64,000 nucleotides of DNA. It comes from Glycera tridactyla. Lineage: Eukaryota. A program made the translations under genes and the position numbers. Positions 1 to 12,450 of this stretch are shown one piece after another. The notes beneath the pieces are model-generated. The model did not search any database, had not been told where the DNA came from, and saw only the letters and a program-made list of their open reading frames with translations. The stretch is taken from contig OZ286470.1 of the NCBI GenBank assembly GCA_965644265.1, forward strand, positions 32,054,001 through 32,118,000. The letters are read 5' to 3'. Each line of letters begins with the position of its first letter. The first letter of the stretch is position 1.

Positions 1-71
1 GATATACAGCGAGACGAGTGAAACTTCATGAATTGTAGAGGGAATGGTGACGAGAAAAATATCTATGAATC

Positions 72-101
72 ATTGATTGATTGATTGATTGATTGATTGA
101 T
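72..101. repeat. (GATT)n microsatellite
   Basis: Seen directly. Confidence 0.95.
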
Positions 102-1287
102 CAATCGAATGATCAATCGAATGTAATCCAGTACTCGGATAATTCGTCCTTAACCAGTATCTTTTTCAGAATTCATCAGTATTTCATTCAAAATTCACTC
201 TCTTTCCTGAAGGTCATAGCTGTTATCACATGGATGGGCCATTTTCAGTGAAGTATCAGGTGTTGAGTATTGCGTTTGTTACTTCACAGCTGGGTCAGAA
301 CTACTTTTTGACAAGTTCTCCACTAATACATGTGATAAAAGCAAGACTATATGGCCGTGAGTTAAAAACACAATACCAAACTCGGTGTGAATTTCTCCAG
401 ATGTCACGAGGCCTTCGGTTGAAATTCACACCTTGTTTGGTATTGCGTTTTTACTTCACGGCCAAATAGTCTTGCAACAATCTTTCTGTTCACTACCAAG
501 TTACTTAATATTCCATATTACCCATCATTTCATCATCATTGCTCATCACTGTCGTGACCAGTGATCACTGCTTTGAATATGTATGATATGCAGATCTGTG
601 TGATTGATTGTTTAGTGCCTTTCATTTTATACAATTAAAGTATCTCACCTTCATCTACGCACAAGTCTGAGAAATTGCCCCTTCTCGTCTAGTATTTCAT
701 GTTACTCTGACATATGTCAGTGCTTGTATATGCACAACTTGTCATATTATCTGTACCAACAAGAATGGTTTTCCACCCATCAAGATCTCATAACCTATAT
801 AGGTATCGGAAAGGGATCTGTGCTGCACCCCGTACTTATTTCACTAGATTCTGATCCTGGATTTCGACTCCGAAAGTTCATCCAAACCAATCAATTCTGT
901 CAATACCAAGCAAACAGAGCATGCGACAGTGAGATGTAAACAAGAGATGGCCATGTGCCAGTGTGCTCAAATACTGTGAGATCCACTCAATAGTTGTTAT
1001 GTGTACACAGCTGAAGCAAACTTTCCCAGCGGTGCTGTAGAGCCATTTATCAAGCTCCATCGCTCTAGATCCAACCCGTAGTGTTTCTCCTAGTTCTGAT
1101 ATCGTGGGACCATCACAATTGGCCAACATTAGGAAAAGATTGTGCTCATGTGATCTCGACTATTCAAGCCCATTCACATTGGGAGTCATTTGTCAGATTG
1201 ATTGATCTCAATCAATTGCTGTCTTACCACAGAGCTTCAACGCTGGTGGAATATGGACACCTATCTTACATGTTTTACCAAGCCAAA

Positions 1288-1293
1288 TTTATT
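1288..1293 (-). promoter_or_regulatory. Candidate polyadenylation signal of the tetraspanin gene
   Basis: AATAAA on the minus strand about 500 nt downstream of the stop codon. Confidence 0.3.
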
Positions 1294-1790
1294 ATGTATA
1301 CCAGGTGCTCGTGATTTTTCAAAGCTTGATGTTCTTCTCCTTACAGGCATCACACTCATGAACCCCGAGCACACGAGGATGTAGAACCACTGTTTTGTTG
1401 AGTGGAAGTAGCTAACAGTTCAGATACATGTCTTCATCCCTAACATGGAACTGGAGACTCTATCAAAGGTATTACTGGTTGTTTCGGATTTAGCATGTAT
1501 TTGACCTAAAGGATTATGTATGCCACATGCTCTTAATCTATGAATGTTGGATGTTCTGTATGTTTGATGTAACATCCGTATAGTAAAGGCATTCATCACC
1601 ATTCCTGATGCCACTTCATGAAAGTTTTTACATCGTACCCGCTATATATCGAGAATTTACAGTGGAATAAGTCGAGATCTGAAAGAACAAAAAACAAAAG
1701 CAATCGATAGAGAAAACAAAATGAATAATCACAGATGAATGAATGATAACAGGGGGGAGGTCAACTATGTTACAGTTCAAAAATACTGTT

Positions 1791-1916
1791 TCATTCTTCC
1801 ATGTCGCCATCGTCGTCGTCATCATCGTCATCATCATCATCAGAATACCACTGGTCCTTGGTATGTGCCATCTTCATAGCCGCCATTACACACATGGCCA
1901 GAGCAATTCCGGCCAA
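1791..1916 (-). CDS. Tetraspanin last coding exon (LAGIALAMCVMAAMKMAHTKDQWYSDDDDDDDDDDDGDMEE*)
   Basis: Acceptor ctgtgtgcttgcag. Splicing gives FQ-LAGIALAMC, a typical end of TM4. TGA stop at 1793-1791. Confidence 0.9.
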   Translation of the reverse strand: MAGIALAMCVMAAMKMAHTKDQWYSDDDDDDDDDDDGDMEE

Positions 1917-2585
1917 CTGCAAGCACACAGATAGATAGATAGATATAATCATAAGCAGGTTTTTAATCAGCTTATCATGTTCGAATATTAGCGCTACTAC
2001 CGGCAGTTTTCTGTGATATTATTACTGACTGGTTTCGACGAGGTGTAGCCGAGGCAGTACATATCTCCACATCAGAGCCTATCCTCAACCAGGACCGGGT
2101 CCGGCACACTCTCTCACCCATCTACCGGGAGATCCTGCAGTCGCGTGATCTATCCAAAAATTAAAATAACTGGTCAAAACAAAACAGGCCACGATCCTAC
2201 GATCACGTGATTCCACGGCAAACTCATCGCAGTAGCCCCTCGCTGAGGAAAGAGTCCGGATGGATTCTGAAAGCTCCGACTTTCCTATCTGACTTTGACT
2301 ACCGTGAACTTCATACCTCCATAAGATAGTATATATTGGCATGGTACTCTATATTATTTATTCACACTGGAAAAGTCATGAATAACTTCCGGTATAGAAC
2401 AACAACCCCCCCCCCCAAAAAAAAAATGGCTGGTTGGCTCTCGTCTCGCCTACTTCATAAGTGCTTTATGGCGATGGACGGACCAAGGGGTATAAGCAGA
2501 TGCGTTATCCATGGGTTAGGACGAGGGGGCATACACCCTGCGTCATTAGTTGACCGGCCTTGAGAACGACAGACATGATGGACAC

Positions 2586-3060
2586 AGATAGATAGATGAA
2601 TAGATAGATGGATAGATAGTAGATGGACGGATAGATAGGTGGATGAGTGGAGGGTTGGATGATAGTTGGATGGATGGATATGTACGTATAGATGGGAAGA
2701 TGGATAACACAGATAAGATGGAAGGAAGGATAGATAGGTGGATGGATAGATGGATAGATGGAAGCATGGGTGGATGGATGGATGGATGGATGGATGGATG
2801 GATGGAGGGAGGGAGGGAGCGAGGGAGCGAGAGAGGAATGGATTGGCGGATGGATGAAGAGAGGGAGGGAGGGAGGGAGGGAGGGAGGGAGGGATGGATG
2901 GATGGAGGGATGGATGGATGGAAGCATGGGCGGATGGATGGAAGCATGGATGGAGTCATGGATGAATGGATGGATGGATGGATGGAGGGAGGAAGCGAGG
3001 GAGGAAAGGATTTGATGGATGGATGGAAAGAGGGAGGGATGGAGGGATGGATGGAGAGAG
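2586..3060. repeat. Compound (GATA)/(GGAT)/(GGAG) microsatellite
   Basis: Seen directly; it explains the ORFs at 2505-3242, 2546-2959, 2643-3158 and 2758-3015. Confidence 0.95.
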
Positions 3061-4438
3061 AGAAGTTCCCTCGACAACGGGCACTTATTAATCTCCATCA
3101 TTTGAGAATAATCAACACGAGCGGTATCATCCACCACACCGCCGGAGTGCACACTTAATTTGAAACGCTGCCGAGCTGGGACCGCCGCCATTCTAGGCGC
3201 GCAGTTGAACGGCCTTAAATAGCAGCGCGCGTCAACCATCACGTCTTCAATTGAAACAAAATATTCCCGGTGTTGACTCAGACGACGGGCTATTACATGG
3301 CAGTTCTGCTGTAATTATCCCCAGCTCCAAGTTTGATTCGAAAGAATTGGCAGAGCGGCTCGATAGATCAGCGCTATCTAGTGGCATCGGATGAAAACGA
3401 AAAGCGGAATGGCGGAATTATCGCGCGGGCGGAAAACGACCGCGGATTTTCGTGAATGAGCGGTGTGCCGCGCAAAATTCAACCACTGCCACGTCAGATA
3501 TTCCATCCCTTATATTTTCGCTTCTAGGTCACCCCCACCATTAGACGAGAATGCTACTGTGCTGTTATACAAGGCCCCCAAGGTATTGAATACATAACAA
3601 GCGATAATTGACTGTTATTTCTGCCGAAATAATGAGCGAACTGGGGGTTGCGGATATACAGAAAAATTGGTGGTAGTCAGAAATAGATGAGGAAAAATTA
3701 TACCGATCGGTGGCTGAAATGCTGTGATCGTGGAACCAAAAGCTATCTGTTTGCCAGTGTCTGGAAGGCACGATAGCAACCCCGGAAATATTGTGATATG
3801 TTTAAAGTTCCGAGAAGTACGTTAAAAACAAATGATGAGGAATTATGACCAGTATATGCATTCTTCAATCCGACATAGGCAGCGACGATTCCCGTAAATG
3901 ATTATGAACATTTTGATCCGTCCCAAAGGAATTTATTACAGCATTTAGGTGTGTATGCATTGCAAAAGAAGTGAGAGCATACATCGACAAGAGCACTTCT
4001 CCAGCTTGAGTAGTAGGTGATATACCAAAGTTGTCAAATCTGCGTAGAATATCAATTATTCGATGGATACTTATCTAATATGTGAATTTGCGTTGTCAGA
4101 GAGCCTGATGACAGAAATGACACCTTGAGTGTCCGTGAATTTCATGAATTTTCACCTCCCGTTGGGGCACAGAAGGAGGAGTCTTGAATGATTCCACCCA
4201 TGCCCATTGCGTGGGAGTGACGATGTAAAACAAATGAAGCTGACCTGACGTTAAACCAGAACCAATCAGCCATTCGACCAATCCCAACTTATCAGACAAG
4301 CCCTACCCATCTCAGTCCGCCCGTGTAAAACCCTTCATGCCCGAAGACCTATATCTTCAGAGAGGCATATGAATGAGCCGAGAGAAGCTATTTCAGTGAG
4401 ATGGCGGAGCGAGCAAGCAACTTGGACTATTATTATTA

Positions 4439-4751
4439 NNNNNNNNNNNNNNNNNNNNNNNNNNNNNNNNNNNNNNNNNNNNNNNNNNNNNNNNNNNNNN
4501 NNNNNNNNNNNNNNNNNNNNNNNNNNNNNNNNNNNNNNNNNNNNNNNNNNNNNNNNNNNNNNNNNNNNNNNNNNNNNNNNNNNNNNNNNNNNNNNNNNNN
4601 NNNNNNNNNNNNNNNNNNNNNNNNNNNNNNNNNNNNNNNNNNNNNNNNNNNNNNNNNNNNNNNNNNNNNNNNNNNNNNNNNNNNNNNNNNNNNNNNNNNN
4701 NNNNNNNNNNNNNNNNNNNNNNNNNNNNNNNNNNNNNNNNNNNNNNNNNNN
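4439..4751. other. Assembly gap (other gaps: 7934-8066, 10340-10800, 30773-30971, 63344-63526)
   Basis: Runs of N, mostly next to simple repeats. Confidence 0.99.
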
Positions 4752-4814
4752 TCATAATTATTCTATTATCATTATTATTGTTATTGAAGAATCCTATAAT
4801 GAATATGTCCTTAC

Positions 4815-4898
4815 CTGAAAAAGAACGAGGGCGCAGGCGGCGAATATGAAGACGTCTTCATAGATATTCCACCATACAGCAAGTGGTAAATTACAACC
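4815..4898 (-). CDS. Tetraspanin exon, GC motif and first part of TM4 (GCNLPLAVWWNIYEDVFIFAACALVLFQ)
   Basis: Acceptor ttatttttgcag and donor CAG|gtaagg; 84 nt, phase 0-0. The conserved GC is followed by a hydrophobic helix ending in the conserved TM4 Gln. Confidence 0.88.
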
Positions 4899-6373
4899 CT
4901 GCAAAAATAAATAATTTCTATGAAATTATACTGAAAGAAGTTGAACATTTCATGCCGAACAACGTGAAGTCCAGAATGTCTTTGTATAGCATATTTATAT
5001 TGGAAATTGATCAAGTCATTCCCAGAAAAAAAGACTAATGAACATTCGTCATGAATGAACGTCCTCGAATCTAATATTGATATTCTGTTATACTGAAGCC
5101 CAGAAATGGTTCAGCTCAATAGACAAGAATGTGGGGTCCAATTCCAAAGACCACCGGCTATCCTTTGTTTTTGTTGATCTTGAAATCAAATGAATGTCCG
5201 GTAATCAATAAATGTTCATAAGAACCAGATTATAGGATCAATAATCCAAGAGTGTGCTTCGAAGACCATGGAATTATTGAATGCATGAATTTAGCAAGAC
5301 ACCCACCTGTCCACCCCACACCTTGCAAACACAGTAATCACCCACAAGGGCAATTATCAAAAGCCATCGACGCATGGACGAGAGGAGAATGTATGTACAT
5401 GGAATGTTCACGCTAAAGGATACAGGGAGACATTCCGCAATCATTATGCTGGATGTTAAATATATCTGCTACAATTCAAAGATCAATTTTCTCCAGTACT
5501 TTGTAAATCCAGACATATGACATTAGTATTTGCAACTGGGCTTTAGAGCGTTGACCATTCGATTATTTCCTGTATGTAATTGTATTACTACTGCTCGAAA
5601 AGGCAGATGTATCTTAGATACACTTCCATGACAGGAATAAACAGTTATGAAGTCTAAAACATATTTATGAAGTTATGCATCAAACATAATTCAATGATGT
5701 TAAAAAACAGTGAGTCGCTGACAAAAGAAAAAAATCAGGGAAATACACAGGAAGGCCGCAATCAGACTTGGTTAACTATAGTTTCAGCTTATTCGCTAAA
5801 CGAAATCTTTCGTCCATGGCTATCTGGGAAACAGGAATCATTATACGCCGTTTATTCAAAATCTGAGGACTTCTCGATTTACTACTGTGTCATTTCCCAG
5901 GAAAATTTAGCTGAATCCTTCGTCATCTCCGATTTCATGGACTAGGTTGACCTGTGTTTCAGAGGTTTGCTTTTGTTCAAATTCTGCTGAGAATATTAGC
6001 AGATCAGACTCCTACTATGAATGCTAAAGAGGGGATATCACAATGAATCTAGTATTTTTATACGATACACAGGCTACCACGTAAAATTGAGAATCTAACT
6101 GTCCAATTCCTTCGTTACCATGGATACCGTTCCCATGGAAACCGATGCAAACCAAAGAAGTCAGATGGTATGCTCTTGATCTTCCACTAATAATTGGTGT
6201 CGATAGGTTTTTGTTGGATATAGTCAAAATATCACTTTCGGACTTGAGTCCACTATTTCGTGCAATAAAGAGATGGGTCAGGTAGTTTCCTGACACCACA
6301 CTCAGTCATCATTCCTGAATTTCAGATCATTCTGATAATTCTCAACATTTTGTGATCCAATCCGCACAACCGC

Positions 6374-6573
6374 GGATAGCAAGCAGACGTCCAGTGAACA
6401 TTCCTGGACATCGGAAACGTTGGAGGTCCGTATTTGGACATGCACTTGAAGTCGTGTGGACGTCAGAAAAAACGACGTCGATTTCTGGACGTCCATCGGA
6501 CCAAACACTGACGTTCAATGGACGTCTTACCTTGTCTCAAAATGACGTCCAATGGACGTCGATATGCTATCTA
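6374..6573. mobile_element. MITE-like element rich in GACGTC, with imperfect TIRs
   Basis: Ends are gatagca....gacgtcca and tggacgtc....tgctatc, with many internal (G)GACGT motifs. Confidence 0.55.
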
Positions 6574-7781
6574 GAACTGATCAGCAAATGATCTCAGAGG
6601 AAATCTGAGAAACTGCGTACATTGATAGAAAGATGAAAGGACACAGGGATTCATTGGAGTAGGGTGTGGCAATTGAAGGTTGGGATGAATCCGAATGTGT
6701 TTGCCCGAAACATTTAAGATCATGAGACAAAATATGAGGAATTTTGAAGAACATGATCAGAACCAATGATAACCAATCACAGAACTTAGATGGGTCATCA
6801 AACACTGGATATCATGGCGGACATTCGTTGAATGAATATCCATAACTGAATGAATCGATTAAGGAACCAACGCCGACGCCGGGGTGAGTAGGACACCTCT
6901 TCCGAACTTGGTTGAATCGAGCTAACAAGCAAAGATTATGATGATACTCCTGGTTTGAAACCACATACATTATCTCATTAGGAAATATATAGATGGTACC
7001 TACCTTGGTTTTGAGGGAAGTACTTGTTTGAATGTATTCAGGAAACAACATGGCGTCTATTTGACACTGCATGCTGTTATACACCTGTGGATAATCCGCA
7101 TTACGGTTTGTCAATATACAACAGGTGGCAGGTACGAAATTACCCTACAAAAAAGATGGACATTATATCAATATGACGTCAATATCGAATCGCTGACAAA
7201 CTTTGCCGAGAGAGTGGACATCAACATAGTTCAACAACATAGAAAAATATATATTGAGATGTTCTACACATTAGGAGATTCTACACCTTATTAGGATATT
7301 CTAAGATTTTTGATCGATTTTTAACGAATATCATCGAAATCGGAGAATATTCATCAGATTAATCGTTAACAACTGATGTATTCAAACATGAGAAAACATT
7401 ATCTCCTAATATATCCTTTCTATTATCTACCTCTGAATATTTTATAACAGATTTATGTATACACTTTCACTCACACTCGCCACAACCACAAACAGTGGCT
7501 TACGAAAGACGTTCTATTATGCTTATAGTCGAACACATGCTCACAGATACAAGCATGACCAAATGGAGTAACTTTTTTCCACTTGTGTTCCTAGAACCAT
7601 TGGATAGTTCATCGAGTGATAGGAAATCAAATTTTACATCCAAGAGTGTGATGCTTCAATACGTGAAGCAAGAGAAAGACCATATCTAATTTGTATTTCG
7701 TTGTATTTTATTTAACCCTGCAGACAGTCAGTGATCCATCATATATTCAGTGAGTACGCCGGTCCGTTCTCTGTCGGAATA

Positions 7782-7933
7782 CACACGCACACACAAACAA
7801 ACACGAGCATACACGAACATACAAATGCAGACAAACACACACATACACACACACACACGTACACACACATACACACACGTACACACACATACACGAGCAT
7901 ACACACATACACACATAAACACACACACGTACA
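7782..7933. repeat. (AC)-rich microsatellite running into a gap
   Basis: Seen directly. Confidence 0.9.
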
Positions 7934-10900
7934 NNNNNNNNNNNNNNNNNNNNNNNNNNNNNNNNNNNNNNNNNNNNNNNNNNNNNNNNNNNNNNNNNNN
8001 NNNNNNNNNNNNNNNNNNNNNNNNNNNNNNNNNNNNNNNNNNNNNNNNNNNNNNNNNNNNNNNNNNCCGTCCATCTCATACTGAATCCAAGGCCAAGTAT
8101 TACCTAAATAAAGAATCTACATATCAAATTCATACACAATGTCTACCTTGATAGAAATCAAGGGTAGACACTATACCTTATTGCCTGAAAAAAGAGAGTA
8201 ATGAATTTAGCAGCTGTGTTAGTTGAGGGTTGGGGTCAAAACGGGGTGCATGCCCCATGCGCATCATACAGCAAAATGAATTGATATCTAGAAGCAGTGG
8301 GTAGGCCGTCAACAGGTCGAAAGGATTGGCAAGGATCTTGGTTGTATTTAGCGTTGTAAATTCGCAGCATTTCGGGATACAAGGATAAATAGTTTGCAGA
8401 TATAGCCAGGTACCAGAATGTTTCTTTATTCGGTATCATGCATAGGGTCATTTCATTGAACGCACGAATCATGCAATTGCATTTGCTTGATAATCGCACC
8501 TCCTCAATTTGCAATTTGCGTAACCCACCAATTCAGAATGACAGAGTGTCTCTGGAACATGTCTGAATAGTCACAATGCAATTAGGTGACAAGAGAAAAC
8601 ATGATACACATATACAGACTGATTTCCTTCATGCAAGTCCTTTCGGACATTGCTTCTCTACACTTTCAATACCAAATCAGGATAATATGACTCGGAGTAT
8701 GGTAGGGAAACATATTCTTGATGTATATATCCATTCCATCCATCAGTAAATTGGTCACATCTGTCTCCATCCTCTGCAGGGAAATACAATGGATAAAGTC
8801 ATCCAGTGTCTTAGGTAAAGATGGTCATGAGTCTGAAAAGCATTGCTTCATATTGCAGATAGGCTATGATGCACCACCAATCACAGCACTTTCCACTAAT
8901 GCTACATAGATGTATTGTGTTCCAAACGATAAACCATGTAGGGATATGTATTGCTATCATTTTAACGAAGCCCATCGAGATGGGAATGGTGACATATTTT
9001 CGTAGCATTGCTATTTGTTTCTGGTGTCAGCATCCATACAAACACAGATTCACGCCATCTCACACGTTCCATTCATCTTATATTCAATGAAAAAGTTATA
9101 ATTTTTTCTCCCATTCGGTGACGACCAAATAGACAACATGTTTATATGTGACGGAATGCCTCTTTGCCTAAACTCGGACATCTGCTGGAATGTTTCAATA
9201 TGAATAAAGTATAAATGAAGTTGTTTTGAATTTGAATTCGAATATGATATATATTCTGCAAATTGACGGAAAACATTCATAAGGTATAGCCTGGTTTTTA
9301 TGGCTAAAAGATCCTAATTTCCGAAAGTTGATATATATGGTCTGTCAGATTCAATGGATATATGATATGGTATGACTGAGATATTCATTGTAAGCAACTT
9401 TCAAGCCTAGCACTCATGGAGGGTTCAAATCGAATCATGTGCATTCAGAGGCACGATAAGCTTTACATCTCCTTATCAATCATTATTTTAGGGTTTATGT
9501 TGAAATATAAGGATATAAATGACTGATTAGAGAGAGTTCAACCGAACCCCAGCAATGATTGGGCAACCCAATGACCAATAATGTCCAATGCATGTGATTT
9601 GATTTAACTCAATATTTCTTCGTACATAACATTTACATGCATCAAGCATACTTCTCCAGTACGAAAAAAAAGGTTAGGGTCTGATATTTGTGAAGATATC
9701 CCACGTGTTGGAGACCATTCGCTGATGCAATAAGAGAAAATTGGGGATCCAGAGTCAGTGAAATAGACCAATTTAACGGGGAAGGGTGAGAGTATGGCAG
9801 AAAATTCCACTTCACCTTCAACTCCGAGAAATGCTCAGTAATTCAGACTAAGGTGCATTTCATAATACAAAACCAACAGTGCATTTATTCAGAAACTCCT
9901 GATTTAAAATTGTTCAACCCCTGCTGGGGACTAAAGGTGCTGACATGACAAACTACCAATTAGGTTGACTGGTTTGTGTTACTTCTTTCATATTTCCTGA
10001 ACAAATCTATATATTTATGCACCAAATCAGGGTGATCAGGGTAGATATATGAGATGGAGACCGTGCTAGTGTCCTCCCTCTTATTGATAGTTCATGCATA
10101 TATGCACATCCCAATCGCATACCAAATAGGCCAAGTCTTCTTACAATATCAATAAATATTGTTTATAGTGTGCCCTGTTGATATTTATCTCGTAAGAAGA
10201 ACATTTATAAGGAGATGTTAGAGACAAGTATGTCTTCACAAATCATGTTGGGCTATTTGCTTCCGAGAGAAATATGAGATTAATATATGTAGATCAATAT
10301 CAGTATCCATATCCATGCCTATATCTATTTATCTGTCTGNNNNNNNNNNNNNNNNNNNNNNNNNNNNNNNNNNNNNNNNNNNNNNNNNNNNNNNNNNNNN
10401 NNNNNNNNNNNNNNNNNNNNNNNNNNNNNNNNNNNNNNNNNNNNNNNNNNNNNNNNNNNNNNNNNNNNNNNNNNNNNNNNNNNNNNNNNNNNNNNNNNNN
10501 NNNNNNNNNNNNNNNNNNNNNNNNNNNNNNNNNNNNNNNNNNNNNNNNNNNNNNNNNNNNNNNNNNNNNNNNNNNNNNNNNNNNNNNNNNNNNNNNNNNN
10601 NNNNNNNNNNNNNNNNNNNNNNNNNNNNNNNNNNNNNNNNNNNNNNNNNNNNNNNNNNNNNNNNNNNNNNNNNNNNNNNNNNNNNNNNNNNNNNNNNNNN
10701 NNNNNNNNNNNNNNNNNNNNNNNNNNNNNNNNNNNNNNNNNNNNNNNNNNNNNNNNNNNNNNNNNNNNNNNNNNNNNNNNNNNNNNNNNNNNNNNNNNNN
10801 CTGTCCATCTAATCATCAATATGAAAAATATTGGAGATGCTCGACTTCTGTTTCTATTTGTAAGTGTTCTGATGGGGATATTGATTTCGGAAATGACATT

Positions 10901-11379
10901 GCATGTCTCCATCAAGGGGAATGGATATAATTCAGTATGAGCTAGCTTTGTTTTTAAGACGTTTCCATGCACATCTCATCTGATACAAATCATTGCTATA
11001 TTACTAAACCCCAGTCATAATTCCGCCAGATCGACCTTATCCTAGGGCTGTGATGTTTACATTGAATGCTGCCTATCATTGAATGTTGCCTCTCCCGGGA
11101 GACAGTGGATAAATGGCGGAGGAACAGATTAGTTTTATCAAGCAAGATCGAACGTGATGCAGAATATATCATGACTTTTTCGCCCACTCTGCCACTTGAA
11201 GCATATTTATTAGGATCCTTATCATGGCGTCATATTTCACAATAAATCGAACTCAATCGTGTGGGCTTTCTTTCCATACATACTACGCGCGCGCGTGGGC
11301 GTGTGTCTGTCTGTATTTGTGTGCATGTTCCCAAAAATGTCTGAATACATACGGGGGAACGTGCGTTCGTATCAATGTA

Positions 11380-11610
11380 CGTATACACGTATGTATGTAT
11401 GTGCGTATGTACGTATGTAGCTATCTATATATGTAACTATGTATGCATCTATGTAACCACGTATGCACAAATGTATATACCCGTGTATCTATGCATGTAT
11501 CTGTATACATCTACGTAAGAATAACCTTTCACATCTATGTATATATTCATCTAGGTATCTCAAATGTGCATCTATATATCTATGTACCGATGTCTTTGTA
11601 TGCAGTAGTA
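11380..11610. repeat. Degenerate (TATG)n region
   Basis: Seen directly. Confidence 0.75.
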
Positions 11611-12099
11611 TGTGTATGTAGAAAGGTAATATATAATTTCATGTCACATGAACACCTTAAGGCTACATTCGAGGCAGCATCATGGGGCAACCACTTCATG
11701 AACAAAATCAACTTAAACAATCCATATACCTATACACATGACACTCTTGTACACGGAATCATCCAATTGGAGCACCATGGTGCTGACTCGAAAGCAGCCC
11801 TGTATTCTGTGCTATCTATTCAACATGAAGTAATCTATTCACTGAAATGAAAAGGAATACGCAAAACTGTACCTGTTACAGGTGAACATCCAGAGATGAA
11901 GATCGAATGGTCCGGTCCGGAAGGGAAAGAACTCCAATATGCGGGTGCGGAGGGGTTGAAGTAACGTGCTGAAAACCCATCACTACGTTAGGGCGGAATG
12001 TCATCCACCCTCAAGCTCTCGAGATCCTTGTAGAGTCATGAGGGGTTTGAACCACCAACATCATCCAGAAATCTGGCTTAAGAAATTAGTAGACTTCTC

Positions 12100-12450
12100 T
12101 CGCGCTTGTGGGTCATATCAGTCTTTTTATCACGCTTCTGGGTCTCAAGAGACTCTCATACATTCCTGGGTCATAAGTTAGCAGACATTCATACCATTTC
12201 GGCATATTCTGGCATATTTTCACGCACACACGGGTCCAATAGAGCAGACTTTCACGCACTGGTGGGTCATCGTTATTTCATGCAATTTTGAATCATAGGT
12301 AACCTTACTTTCTGGTCATTCTGTGACATAGTATATCCGACTGTCACACGCTTTTCGGTAATGGCGAACTCCCCCCCCCCCTCCTGGCTCATGGCTCATG
12401 GCTCATAGACATTCAGAAGCTTCTCAGTCATAGGTAAGCAGACTCCGCGC
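12100..12450. repeat. Highly degenerate repeat region (recurrent gggtcat...gcagac...cacgc motifs)
   Basis: Motifs recur irregularly; period not resolved. Confidence 0.35.

Noticed and set aside
2505-3242. 245-aa Pro/Ser/Ile/His ORF and overlapping Gly/Trp/Met ORFs
   Set aside because: Translations of the GGAT/GGAG microsatellite.
4369-4818. ORFs containing X runs (also 7731-8151, 10274-10972, 30743-31072, 63335-63565)
   Set aside because: Artefacts of translating through N gaps.
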